This document shows positions 18,242 through 27,075 of a DNA stretch of 64,000 nucleotides, piece after piece (the stretch's first letter is position 1; the number at the start of each line of letters is the position of its first letter). Under the pieces are notes generated by a model. It was given only the letters and a program-made list of their open reading frames with translations, had not been told where the DNA came from and did no database searches. Position numbers and translations under genes: made by a program. Source of the DNA: Oscillospiraceae bacterium (GTDB lineage Bacteria; Bacillota; Clostridia; Oscillospirales; Ruminococcaceae); contig SVNC01000003.1 in the NCBI GenBank assembly GCA_015067025.1, forward strand, positions 90,383 through 154,382. Direction: 5' to 3'.

Positions 18242-18356
18242 ATCCAAGCCGCAGGCTTGACATATTTAGACTGAAAAAGCAATACGAAATTTACGACTGG
18301 AACACTTATCAGTGCATAGTAAAGTAATCCCCAAACCCCAAACCTGAACCGACATC

Positions 18357-18387
18357 TAAAAACCCGGTATCGTTTTGATACCGGGTT
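18357..18387 (-). terminator. Terminator downstream of the alpha-galactosidase gene
   Basis: AACCCGGTATC-loop-GATACCGGGTT, followed by a U-run when read on the minus strand. Confidence 0.75.
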
Positions 18388-18391
18388 TAAA

Positions 18392-19654
18392 TTATGCTCT
18401 TGTAAGCTTAAACAGTCTTGCTCCGTGAGTTTTAACCTTGGCTGTTATTTTGTCTGTTGCTGTACCGCAGTTTTCTTTTGTCCAGACATCAGTAACGGTA
18501 AAGTCTGCCGCAAAGGGAAGCTCTGCGGATATTTCACAGTCTGTTTCACCTGCGTTGAATAAAGCTATATAATAGCTTTTTCCGTCGTTGTGAGAGGTAA
18601 ACCAGGCAATCTGTTCGTTGCCGTCAACCGTCTTTCTGAATAAGGGGTGTGCGGAATGAGTGTTGTTCAGCACCTCAAAAAGCTCTCCGTTTGTAAGGAT
18701 AGACATTGTAAAGTCGTCAAACTTTGTCATTTCTCCGCCTATCATAAGAGGTGAACGCATAACGCTCCAGAGAGTCATCATAGTTATCTGCTCGTCCTCT
18801 GTAAACTTCGTGTAGTTATCAGGGCCGTAATCCTGCAAGATAGCGCCAATAGGGAGCATATCGCAATCGGGCCAGTGACCCGCACCTGAATGTATACACC
18901 ATTTTTCAGCACGTTCAAACATATTGTAAAGCAGTTCCCACTTATCCCAGAAGTCATCGGTTATACGCCACATATTTGAAACCTGCTTATAAAGCTCCGC
19001 TCTTTCAAGCTGTGCAGGACCGGGTGAAAGGCTGAGCACCATATCCCTGCCGCAGCTGCGGATAGACTCGCTCACCATACAAAGCTCGCTTTCCTCGTGA
19101 GGAAGCTCACGGCAGATATCATCTATCTTGATAAAATCCACTCCCCAGCTTGCATAAAGCTCGAAAAGGCTGTCGTAATATGCTCTTGCACCTTCCTTTT
19201 CAGGGTCTACGCCGTACATATCGGTATTCCACTGGCATATGGATGAGGTTTTTGCTATCTCACGGGCAGTCTTGTCTGTTCCCATTATAGCAGTATTTCT
19301 ATGTACCGCTTGACGTGGAATACCTCTCATAATATGAATACCGAATTTAAGTCCTAAGGAATGAATATATTCAGCAAGCGGAGCAAAGCCCTTGCCGTCC
19401 TTTGAAGACGGGAATCGGTTTTCTGCAGGAATAAGGCGGGAATATTCATCCATACAAAGCTCGGTAAAGGGGTGATATTCGTGAGTGTCTGCTGTGGGTT
19501 GTGACCACTGGATATCGACTACGATATATTCCCAGCCGTACTGTTTAAGATGCTTCGCCATAAAATCCGCATTGGCACGGACTGTTTCTTCGTTTACTGC
19601 AGGGCCGTAGCAGTCCCAGCTGTTCCATCCCATAGGTGGTGTTTTTGCAATCAT
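18392..19654 (-). CDS. Alpha-galactosidase, GH27-like
   Basis: 420 aa. The N-terminal PPMGWNSWDCYG is the hallmark GH27 motif. YIVVDIQW and DFIKIDD also fit the TIM-barrel catalytic region. Confidence 0.8.
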   Translation of the reverse strand: MIAKTPPMGWNSWDCYGPAVNEETVRANADFMAKHLKQYGWEYIVVDIQWSQPTADTHEYHPFTELCMDEYSRLIPAENRFPSSKDGKGFAPLAEYIHSLGLKFGIHIMRGIPRQAVHRNTAIMGTDKTAREIAKTSSICQWNTDMYGVDPEKEGARAYYDSLFELYASWGVDFIKIDDICRELPHEESELCMVSESIRSCGRDMVLSLSPGPAQLERAELYKQVSNMWRITDDFWDKWELLYNMFERAEKWCIHSGAGHWPDCDMLPIGAILQDYGPDNYTKFTEDEQITMMTLWSVMRSPLMIGGEMTKFDDFTMSILTNGELFEVLNNTHSAHPLFRKTVDGNEQIAWFTSHNDGKSYYIALFNAGETDCEISAELPFAADFTVTDVWTKENCGTATDKITAKVKTHGARLFKLTRA

Positions 19655-19862
19655 ATTTATCTCCTTTGTAATAAATATTACGTACCGATGTTCTTAGGAA
19701 CAAAGGTAATTTCTTTGATTTTAACGGTATGATTATATCATAATTTTACATTAATGTAAAGTGCACAAAAACGATACAATCGTTGTAATATTGATTTTCA
19801 TTGAATTTTATGGTAAAATTAATTCAGAAAACGATCTATTAAATCAAATGAGGTGACTTAAC

Positions 19863-21596
19863 TTGTTAAAAAAAATAACCGCAGTTATTCTTGTTTTATC
19901 AGTTCTGATGACAACAGCTTGCAGCAGCAAGCCCTTTTCGCTCTATGACACGCCGATAAAGTTCAATGACCCTTTTTCCACCGAGGGTGAGGATATGAGC
20001 TTTTCGGATCTTAAGATAACCGAAATCGACGTAGAAGGTCTAATTAGTTCCATCGATCGGATGAAGGAGCTTTCCGAAAAAGAAGGCTCACTAGAAGAGC
20101 TTAAAAAACTATATAAAGAAACCTATATCGGCATGGATAAGATCAGTGCAAATTACGCCGTGTCAAATCTCTTATACGATATAGATGTACAAAACGACGA
20201 CCTGAGCAAATCGTGCTTAGAACACGAAAGCACGTATAATCGCGTATATACCTTATACGATGACGCTATGAAAACGCTTCTTAACAGCAGCTATGCCGAT
20301 GAGATGAAAAAGTTCTTAGGCGAAGATATAGCCGCCCTTTTTGATGAAGAAAAAGTAGATATAGAACTTATAACTGAGCTTTCGAACGAGGAATCCAGAC
20401 TCACCAATGAATATACACAGCTACTTGCAACTCCCGTAAAAGTAACGATAGACGGAGAGGAATGGGACGTCAACAAACTGTACGAGGAAATGAATTCTCT
20501 TACTAACGACGAATATCTCAGTATATATCTTGAGCTTGACAAAGCTTTTAACAAGAAGGCGTTAGAAATATATATCCCTCTTGTAGAGCTACGAAAGCAA
20601 ATTGCAAAGGAATTCGGCTTTGACAACCCCTCGGAGTATTACTACGAAAGATATTTTAATCGTGATTATACCCCCGAGGAAGCTAAATTTTTCCATAAAA
20701 ACGTAAAAGAGCATATGGTTCCTGTTTTTAACTCTCTGCCCCGGATATCTCACGACGCTGAAATTCGTTCAGAGGATGTATTACCCAAAATCGCTGAAAT
20801 ACTTCCTCTTATCTCAAAAGAAATGTCAGATATATTCAATGAAATGACCGAAAATGGCTTATGCATCCTTGAGGACGATATGACAAAAAGCTATGACGGA
20901 GGATATACCACAAGTGTAAATACGTATAAGCGTCCTTTGATATACAATGCCATTTACGGGAATTACAGAAGTATCACTGATACTGTTCACGAATTCGGTC
21001 ATTATTGTGATTATTATCTTAACGGCATTTATTCTCCCTGTTATAACAGTGTGTGTTTTGATATTGCAGAAGTACCCTCAATGGGACTTGAAGCGATATT
21101 CTATGATTATTATGACAAAATAATTGAAGACTGCAACGACGAAAAAGCACATCTTATAAAATATTTTCTGAGTTCAGTAATAGATGGTTGTTATATGGAT
21201 GAAGCCCAGCAGAAAATATACAGCTATGAGGGTGAGCTTACAGCAGATATCGTAAATGACATATTTGAAGAAACCGCTAAAGAATACGGAAAGACAGATG
21301 ATTTTGAAAGATACACCTGGGCTTATATTTCTCACAATTTTTACTCTCCCTTCTATTACGTAAGCTATGCCGCTTCATCAATTGCCTCACTTGAAATATG
21401 GAATATATCTCAGACAGAGGGAAAAGAAAAGGCTAAGGAGATATATCTGAAGATCCTGTCTGACGGCAGCTTTGAATACGGCTATACCGAATCTCTTAAA
21501 AAGAACGGACTTAAAGGCTTTACCGATGCTGATAATCTGAAAAATATTGCACAGAGTGCTAAAAATGAAATTGATAAGCTGATGACAGAAAAATAA
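19863..21596 (+). CDS. M3-family (oligoendopeptidase F-like) zinc metallopeptidase, predicted lipoprotein
   Basis: 577 aa with lipobox LMTTAC and the HEFGH zinc motif (TVHEFGHYCDYY). The start codon is TTG. Confidence 0.7.
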   Translation: MLKKITAVILVLSVLMTTACSSKPFSLYDTPIKFNDPFSTEGEDMSFSDLKITEIDVEGLISSIDRMKELSEKEGSLEELKKLYKETYIGMDKISANYAVSNLLYDIDVQNDDLSKSCLEHESTYNRVYTLYDDAMKTLLNSSYADEMKKFLGEDIAALFDEEKVDIELITELSNEESRLTNEYTQLLATPVKVTIDGEEWDVNKLYEEMNSLTNDEYLSIYLELDKAFNKKALEIYIPLVELRKQIAKEFGFDNPSEYYYERYFNRDYTPEEAKFFHKNVKEHMVPVFNSLPRISHDAEIRSEDVLPKIAEILPLISKEMSDIFNEMTENGLCILEDDMTKSYDGGYTTSVNTYKRPLIYNAIYGNYRSITDTVHEFGHYCDYYLNGIYSPCYNSVCFDIAEVPSMGLEAIFYDYYDKIIEDCNDEKAHLIKYFLSSVIDGCYMDEAQQKIYSYEGELTADIVNDIFEETAKEYGKTDDFERYTWAYISHNFYSPFYYVSYAASSIASLEIWNISQTEGKEKAKEIYLKILSDGSFEYGYTESLKKNGLKGFTDADNLKNIAQSAKNEIDKLMTEK

Positions 21597-21605
21597 CCCA
21601 CAAAA

Positions 21606-21640
21606 AACGTACCTGCCAATAACGTTCGGGTACGTTTTTT
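21606..21640 (+). terminator. Terminator after the M3 peptidase gene
   Basis: AACGTACC-15-nt loop-GGTACGTT followed by TTTT. Confidence 0.55.
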
Positions 21641-21657
21641 ACTAACGTATCACATCA

Positions 21658-21686
21658 TTGACTTTCTTATGTTGTTATGTTATAAT
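21658..21686 (+). promoter_or_regulatory. SigA-type promoter of the marR-like gene
   Basis: TTGACT (21658-21663), a 17-nt spacer, then TATAAT (21681-21686). Confidence 0.55.
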
Positions 21687-21690
21687 ACGC

Positions 21691-21708
21691 TTGTTGATAT
21701 TTCAACAA
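21691..21708. promoter_or_regulatory. Palindromic candidate operator (MarR autoregulation)
   Basis: TTGTTGA-TATT-TCAACAA lies between the -10 box and the RBS of the marR-like gene. Confidence 0.35.
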
Positions 21709-21723
21709 AAAGGAGAATGCAGA

Positions 21724-22173
21724 ATGACGGACAGATTTGAAACCTTTACGATACTTATAAACAGAATAAGCCGCAACGTAAGAAAGATCAAAAATCTTGA
21801 AATGGCAGAACAGGGACTGAGAAGCTCCCATATCTCCTGCCTTTACTATTTATATAAAACAGAAAACATGACTGCTACAGAGCTTTGCGAAAAATGTGAA
21901 GAGGACAAGGCGACCGTTTCACGATCTATTGATTTTCTTGAAGAAAATGGCTACATAGTAAGTCAGAGCAAAAGCACAAAGAAATATAAAAATCCCATTA
22001 CCCTGTCCGAAAAAGGCAAAAGTGCAGGTCAGGAAATAGCAGGTAAAATCGACAGAGTACTCGATGAGATAAGCAGTGAACTTTCAGAGGGTGAAAGAAT
22101 TGAATTTTATCGCTCGCTCACAGTTATCAGCAACAGACTTGATAAAATGGTAAAAAATCTCGGAAAAAAGTAA
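21724..22173 (+). CDS. MarR-family transcriptional regulator
   Basis: The start was moved to ATG 21724, which follows AAAGGAGAA; the longer ORF from 21658 overlaps the promoter. It has a winged-helix region (MTATELCEKCEEDKATVSRSIDFLEENGYI). Confidence 0.85.
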   Translation: MTDRFETFTILINRISRNVRKIKNLEMAEQGLRSSHISCLYYLYKTENMTATELCEKCEEDKATVSRSIDFLEENGYIVSQSKSTKKYKNPITLSEKGKSAGQEIAGKIDRVLDEISSELSEGERIEFYRSLTVISNRLDKMVKNLGKK

Positions 22174-22185
22174 ACATTTATTCTT

Positions 22186-22875
22186 TTGGTGACAGATATG
22201 AAAAACAAGGCTCTCTTTATAACAAACATCATAGTAATTGCAGCAGTGCTGGTAGGGAACTATTTCTATCAGAGCAACAATTTTGACTTTACACTTAAAT
22301 GTATTTGTAGCGGCGGTTTTGCCGCTCTTGGTGTGCTGAATTTCTTCTATATGCTGAAAACAAAGCAGAAAAACCTCTCCTTTTATCTGACCCTTTGTCT
22401 TGGCATATTCTTTGCAATGCTCGGGGATATAATGATAAAATTCAGCTTTGTTGCAGGAGCTGCGGTATTTGCCGTAGGGCATATATTCTTCTTTGTTGCC
22501 TATTGCTTTTTACAGAAAATCAAGACAGCGGATATAGTAATCGGCGGCTCGGTATTCATAGCAGGTACTCTTTTTTTGATACTTTGCCCGCTTCTTAAAT
22601 TTGACCCACCCTTTTTCAGAATAGTCTGCATATTCTATGCTCTTATAATCAGTATGATGCTTGGAAAGGCTGTCGGAAACTTTATTCGTGAAAAAAATAC
22701 GTTCACCTTTCTTCTTGCCATAGCAAGCTTTTTATTCTTCTTCTCAGACTTAATGCTGGTATTTGACTGGTTTATAGGACTGTGGAGCTGGACTGACCAC
22801 GCTTGTATGGGTACATATTACCCCTCTCTTTGTATAAGTGCATTTGCAATGCTTTTATATAAAAATAAACAGTAG
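22186..22875 (+). CDS. YhhN-family (lysoplasmalogenase-like) integral membrane protein
   Basis: 229 aa with about 8 TM segments. GDIMI...FAVGHIFFF is YhhN-like. The start could instead be ATG at 22198. Confidence 0.6.
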   Translation: MVTDMKNKALFITNIIVIAAVLVGNYFYQSNNFDFTLKCICSGGFAALGVLNFFYMLKTKQKNLSFYLTLCLGIFFAMLGDIMIKFSFVAGAAVFAVGHIFFFVAYCFLQKIKTADIVIGGSVFIAGTLFLILCPLLKFDPPFFRIVCIFYALIISMMLGKAVGNFIREKNTFTFLLAIASFLFFFSDLMLVFDWFIGLWSWTDHACMGTYYPSLCISAFAMLLYKNKQ

Positions 22876-22900
22876 CAATATTTTTTTCATTTCATAATAA

Positions 22901-22940
22901 AAATTCTCCGACACTTTTTACAGTGCCGGAGAATTTTTAT
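22901..22940. terminator. Bidirectional terminator between the yhhN-like gene and the convergent ABC permease gene
   Basis: AAATTCTCCGACAC-loop-GTGCCGGAGAATTT, flanked by an A-run and a T-run. Confidence 0.7.
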
Positions 22941-25186
22941 TCTACGTTTTTAAGTGCCTCTGCAAGAGGTACTTTTTTTACTTTTCTGTACTGCATAAAG
23001 GCAATTACGGCGTAAGCAGCAATGCCAAGACCTATTATCATGGGATAAATATAAAAGGGTACTACATAAGGCATCCAGCCTGCAAATTCAGAAAACATAA
23101 TAACGCATACATATCTCATAAGTATATCTACTATCGGCATAGTTATAAAGAATGACGCTACTACAACAATGCTTGTTGATACGATATAGAGTCCGCTTAT
23201 CTCTTTATTGCTGTAGCCTAAAATCTTGGTCATAGAAATTGAACGGGAGTTCTTTTCGATTATGATTTTTGATAGCAGATAAACTATAAGCATAAACATT
23301 ATTATCCCGAATACTGCAAAGATATCCATTACACCGCCCATTGAACGTGTGAGCTGACGGGACATCTTGTTCATATCGTCTTCGGTTATAGTTGCCGCTA
23401 TCAGCATTTTGTCAATATCAGTTATCTTGTTATCGGATAAATAGCCGTTATAATATCCATCGTCATAGTCAAAGCTTTCGCAGAAGGTATCACAGCTCAT
23501 ATACATTGCAATGGTAACGGGAGCATCTATAATTCCTGTTACAGTAAAGGTGTATCTCTTTTCACCGAATTCTTCCTTAAGTGTTACTGTATCTCCTGCA
23601 CCGACTCCGTATTTTTCTGAAAAGGCAGAAGATACGCATATCTCGTCTTCCCCACCGATATCTATATATCTGCTACCGGGCTGAAGTCCATAAATTGTGA
23701 CAGCTTCTTTTTTTCTTCCCTCATAATCTGTAACAAGTGAGCCTGCACAGTATTTTTCTGCACCCTCGCATTCTGTTTCGGCAGGTGCTTTAAGTATATA
23801 CTGATAATTGCAGATAAGACTTTCGGAAATAAGTCTGCTGCTGTTATCAAGAAGCTTCGGGAAGCCAAGTCCTAAAAGGATAATGATATTAGCAAGAAAA
23901 ACCCCTATAGCTATTGTTATATAATTCGGCATATTCTGCAGTATTATTCTCAGTCTGAAGCGGTGTATAAAGCCTATTTTCTTATTAAGTCTTATTGCTT
24001 TTTTCTTTCCGTTTTTCTTTAAATCCCTTCTGATAAATTTAAGAGGAGAAAGGCTGAGCTTTCTTTTAAGAATAAAGAAATTGATGATGAACATTAAGAT
24101 CACAGGGATTATAGTTGTGCTTATAAAAGCGTCCATATTCCACTGTATATCAAATAAGGGCAGGCTATAGTTGGTATAATAAATACCAAGAGCGTAATCC
24201 TTGAATACCGTATATCCGAGTATGTTACCAATGACCGCGGAAACAAAGGTTACAAGGGTCGGTATAGCAAGATAGTGCTGTATTATCTCACTTTTCTTAT
24301 AGCCTGATGCACGGAGAGTACCAATAACAGTTGCCTCTTTTGCTACTGTATTGCTTGTGGTGATAGCCATAATAAAAGCAACTATTGCGATAACGATATA
24401 GAGGAACACGATAAACATTACCCTGTCCTTTCCGGTATCATCACCCACAAACTGCATCGCCTGATTTGAAAAAGCTGGGATAAAGCTTGTAACGGGAGCT
24501 TTTTTCGCTATACTTGTAAGAAGCTCTTCGCTCATTTTCTTTGCCTTTATATCATCTTCAGGTGATGTGTTATAAAACCAGGAATAATTGTAGTGAAATC
24601 CCGCTTCACCCAATGCTTCAAAGCCTTCGTCAGTTGTTACTGCCACACCAAATTTTATAGCGTCAAACATCATATCCGATGGACTGCGATATAAAGCACT
24701 GTAATCGGAAAAAGCAACCAAGCCTGAAACAATGAACTCCTTTTCTCCTACTGTAAGTGTATCACCGACCTTTATACTATTGTTATCAGCGTACATTCTG
24801 TCTATTGCTATCTCGTTATCCTTTGAGGGAATTTCGCCCTTCATTATGCTGACAAGATTAATTTCCTCACGGTTTTTATAGATACGGAGTATGCTGTCAA
24901 CTTCCTTTGTATCTCGTTCTATATAGAAATTTTCATAAAGCTTTATATCATCTTCTTCAAGAGTACTTATAAGCGACTCGTCTGCCCTTATGGCAAGTTC
25001 TAAATTACCATCTTCCACATTGCATTTATCAAAGCTTTCAGTATAGCATTTCATAAGACTGCCTGACGCTACACTCATACCTGATACAAAACCTATGACC
25101 ATAATCATAAATAAAAAGATTACTGCATATTTAGGGAATTCACTTTTAAGCTCTCTCGGGAGTCTTTTGATAAGAGGATTTCTCAT
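22937..25186 (-). CDS. FtsX-domain ABC transporter permease (MacB/YxdM-like, duplicated FtsX module)
   Basis: 749 aa with TM clusters at ~250-390 and ~620-740, separated by large extracytoplasmic domains. It lies immediately downstream of a MacB-type ATPase. Confidence 0.8.
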   Translation of the reverse strand: MRNPLIKRLPRELKSEFPKYAVIFLFMIMVIGFVSGMSVASGSLMKCYTESFDKCNVEDGNLELAIRADESLISTLEEDDIKLYENFYIERDTKEVDSILRIYKNREEINLVSIMKGEIPSKDNEIAIDRMYADNNSIKVGDTLTVGEKEFIVSGLVAFSDYSALYRSPSDMMFDAIKFGVAVTTDEGFEALGEAGFHYNYSWFYNTSPEDDIKAKKMSEELLTSIAKKAPVTSFIPAFSNQAMQFVGDDTGKDRVMFIVFLYIVIAIVAFIMAITTSNTVAKEATVIGTLRASGYKKSEIIQHYLAIPTLVTFVSAVIGNILGYTVFKDYALGIYYTNYSLPLFDIQWNMDAFISTTIIPVILMFIINFFILKRKLSLSPLKFIRRDLKKNGKKKAIRLNKKIGFIHRFRLRIILQNMPNYITIAIGVFLANIIILLGLGFPKLLDNSSRLISESLICNYQYILKAPAETECEGAEKYCAGSLVTDYEGRKKEAVTIYGLQPGSRYIDIGGEDEICVSSAFSEKYGVGAGDTVTLKEEFGEKRYTFTVTGIIDAPVTIAMYMSCDTFCESFDYDDGYYNGYLSDNKITDIDKMLIAATITEDDMNKMSRQLTRSMGGVMDIFAVFGIIMFMLIVYLLSKIIIEKNSRSISMTKILGYSNKEISGLYIVSTSIVVVASFFITMPIVDILMRYVCVIMFSEFAGWMPYVVPFYIYPMIIGLGIAAYAVIAFMQYRKVKKVPLAEALKNVE

Positions 25187-25198
25187 TTCATTCCCTCC

Positions 25199-25897
25199 TT
25201 ACCAGTCGAGTTCTGAGGCAGGTATGATAGTATCGTTCAGATAGTTTTTGCGTATCATACCGTCACGAAGCTTTATGACTCTGTGAGCCAAATTCTTTAT
25301 AGCATCATTATGAGTTACCATTACCACTGTATTTCCATACTTGCGGTTTACTTCCTCGATAAGCTTCAATATTTCCTTTGAGGTGTTATAGTCAAGAGCA
25401 CCTGTCGGCTCATCACAAAGCAATATATCAGGATTTTTAATGATTGCTCTGCCTATTGCTGTACGCTGTTGCTGACCACCTGAAAGCTGATTCGGGAGCT
25501 TATAACGATGCTCGTATAAGCCCAGCGTATTTAAAAGCTCGTCAATATCAAGAGGGTTGTCGCTTAAGTACGCACCGACTTCAATATTTTCTCTGATGTT
25601 TAAATTTGGGATGAGGTTATACATCTGAAAGATGTAGCCAAGATGCTTTCTACGATACATTGTAAGGGCTGATTCGCTCATATCTGCAGTCTTTTCTCCG
25701 TTTATTGAGATGTATCCGCTGTCTGCGTTGTCAATACCTCCGATGATATTAAGTAATGTGGATTTGCCTGAGCCTGAGGGACCTAAAAGTACGCATATCT
25801 CGCCTTTTTCAATACCGATATCAATTCCTTTCAGTACTTCTGTTCTGCTTTCTCCTTCGCCAAAGCTCTTTTTGATTTTGCTGATTTCCAGAAACAT
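25199..25897 (-). CDS. ABC transporter ATP-binding protein (MacB/LolD-type)
   Basis: Walker A GPSGSGKST, signature LSGGQQQR and Walker B ILLCDEPTGALD are present. The start was reassigned to ATG 25895-25897 (MFLEISKIKK), preceded by GGAAGG. The upstream 17 codons of the listed ORF overlap a terminator hairpin. Confidence 0.9.
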   Translation of the reverse strand: MFLEISKIKKSFGEGESRTEVLKGIDIGIEKGEICVLLGPSGSGKSTLLNIIGGIDNADSGYISINGEKTADMSESALTMYRRKHLGYIFQMYNLIPNLNIRENIEVGAYLSDNPLDIDELLNTLGLYEHRYKLPNQLSGGQQQRTAIGRAIIKNPDILLCDEPTGALDYNTSKEILKLIEEVNRKYGNTVVMVTHNDAIKNLAHRVIKLRDGMIRKNYLNDTIIPASELDW

Positions 25898-25928
25898 ATC
25901 TGTTACCTTCCTTTTTCTTTTAATCAAC

Positions 25929-25962
25929 AAAAAAACCGGGCACTGCATAAAGCAATCCCGGT
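25929..25962 (-). terminator. Intrinsic terminator in the 5' leader of the ABC operon (riboswitch expression platform)
   Basis: Minus strand reads ACCGGGATTGC-TTTAT-GCAGTGCCCGGT followed by TTTTTTT, about 30 nt upstream of the ABC ATPase start. The upstream segment UUGCAUAAAGC is complementary to GCUUUAUGCA inside this hairpin, which offers an alternative pairing. Confidence 0.7.
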
Positions 25963-26027
25963 ACTGTACTTTTTACTAATGAGAAAGTAAAAAAGACGCC
26001 ATGTACAGCAATAGCTTTATGCAATAC

Positions 26028-26113
26028 ATGAGTCTCGTTATTTAAGACAAGCCAGGCATTACGCCAGGATGTTGACTTGCCACACGATTTTCCGTGCCAC
26101 TACTCCCCCATCG
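26028..26113 (-). ncRNA. Probable yybP-ykoY (Mn2+) riboswitch aptamer
   Basis: Minus-strand RNA: AUGGGGGAGUAGUGGCACGGAAAAUCGUGUGGCAAGUCAACAUCCUGGCGUAAUGCCUGGCUUGUCUUAAAUAACGAGACUCAU. It contains the hallmark GGGGAGUAG. A P1-like pairing AUGGG/CUCAU is possible, and a 3' CGAGAC element sits like the family's AAGAC element. The L3-like UCAACAU deviates from the consensus UUGACAU. Confidence 0.55.
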
Positions 26114-26134
26114 GAATGTTCTGTTGTTGAGGCT

Positions 26135-26163
26135 ATTATAACCCCTAAAAATACTTTTGTCAA
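26135..26163 (-). promoter_or_regulatory. Consensus SigA promoter driving the riboswitch-ABC operon
   Basis: On the minus strand: TTGACA (26163-26158), a 17-nt spacer, then TATAAT (26140-26135). Confidence 0.65.
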
Positions 26164-26261
26164 CCTCATTTTCCGACTTTCTGCCATTCTCACAAAAGTT
26201 AGTTTTGACTAACTCAATTGTTTGTAAATTCTGTACAAAAGACGGAAAAGTCAAAAAAAAC

Positions 26262-26290
26262 TTGATTTTAAAAGGGGAATGTGATATAAT
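26262..26290 (+). promoter_or_regulatory. Extended -10 promoter for the PHP-domain gene
   Basis: TTGATT (26262-26267), a 17-nt spacer containing TG, then TATAAT (26285-26290). Confidence 0.55.
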
Positions 26291-26342
26291 TCTAGAAAAA
26301 GACCACCAAAAATTCAATCTACGTTTACGAAAGGTTTCAGCA

Positions 26343-27026
26343 ATGTACAAATACGAACTTCACATGCATACAAGAGAAGGCAGTGCCTGTGCCATAAGCA
26401 CGGTACATGATATGATAAAAAAATATAAAAGCCTCGGATATTCAGGTATGGTCGTAACAAATCACTTCTATTGCGGTAATACCTCCGTGTCAAGAAATCT
26501 CCCCTGGAAGGATTTTGTTATGGAGTATGCAAGAGCCTATTACGAAGGACAGAAAACCGCTAAGGATCTGGATTTCGACCTTATTTTCGGTATTGAACAG
26601 GGATACGGTGACGGCAGAGAAATTCTCGTTTACGGCGTAGAGCCTGAATTTATTGCAGAAAGGCCCTTTCTGATAGACGAAAATCTTGAACTATGGTCAA
26701 AGGAGATAAGGCAGGCAGGCGGTTTTGTAGCCTATGCTCACCCTTTCCGCAACAGAGAATATATTAAAAATCCCGATGAAATACCGGATTTAAAATTTGC
26801 TGACGGTGTTGAAGTGCATAACTACTGCAATCAGCCTGAAGATAATGAAAAGGCACAGCGTATTTTTGGTAATTCAGGTGCTATTCTCGTTGCCGGCAGC
26901 GATATGCACAGCACGGATTTTGAAAGTGCAAACGGCGTTATGTTTAAGAACAGAATTAAAAACTCAGCTGAGCTTGCAAAAGCACTTTTTGAAAATGATT
27001 TTGAGCTTAGTATAGGGGAAAAATAA
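26343..27026 (+). CDS. PHP-domain metal-dependent phosphoesterase
   Basis: The start was reassigned to ATG 26343 (MYKYELHMHTREGSACA), the typical PHP N-terminal HxH motif. AYAHPFR and VEVHN lie further on. The longer ORF from 26157 overlaps the divergent promoters. Confidence 0.75.
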   Translation: MYKYELHMHTREGSACAISTVHDMIKKYKSLGYSGMVVTNHFYCGNTSVSRNLPWKDFVMEYARAYYEGQKTAKDLDFDLIFGIEQGYGDGREILVYGVEPEFIAERPFLIDENLELWSKEIRQAGGFVAYAHPFRNREYIKNPDEIPDLKFADGVEVHNYCNQPEDNEKAQRIFGNSGAILVAGSDMHSTDFESANGVMFKNRIKNSAELAKALFENDFELSIGEK

Positions 27027-27040
27027 TCATAAGAAGAAAA

Positions 27041-27070
27041 AATCCTGTCAGGATAATTCCTGACAGGATT
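27041..27070. terminator. Bidirectional terminator
   Basis: AATCCTGTCAGGA-TAATT-CCTGACAGGATT, flanked by an A-run and a T-run, between convergent genes. Confidence 0.75.
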
Positions 27071-27075
27071 TCTTT

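Noticed and set aside
18070-18282. 70-aa minus-strand ORF
   Set aside because: It overlaps the 3' half of tmRNA and its terminator, so it is a spurious ORF inside a structured RNA gene.
18201-18391. Possible genomic-island insertion at the tmRNA 3' end
   Set aside because: tmRNA genes are classic integration sites. However, I found no integrase and no direct repeat of the ssrA 3' end, and the next gene is an ordinary GH27 alpha-galactosidase only ~190 bp away.
25898-25948. N-terminal 17-codon extension of the ABC ATPase ORF (MQCPVFLLIKRKRKVTD)
   Set aside because: It overlaps the leader terminator hairpin and U-run. The internal ATG at 25897 has a good RBS and gives the canonical ABC N-terminus.
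25929-26130. The ABC-operon leader as a T-box, SRP RNA, 6S RNA or c-di-GMP riboswitch
   Set aside because: It lacks the T-box AGGGUGGUACCGCG-type motif and a specifier-loop layout. It lacks the SRP GGAAGCAGC domain IV motif, and it does not resemble GEMM. The GGGGAGUAG...GAGAC pattern fits yybP-ykoY better.
26042-26350. 102-aa minus-strand ORF
   Set aside because: It covers the riboswitch-like leader and the divergent promoters. No RBS is present and the composition is not protein-like.
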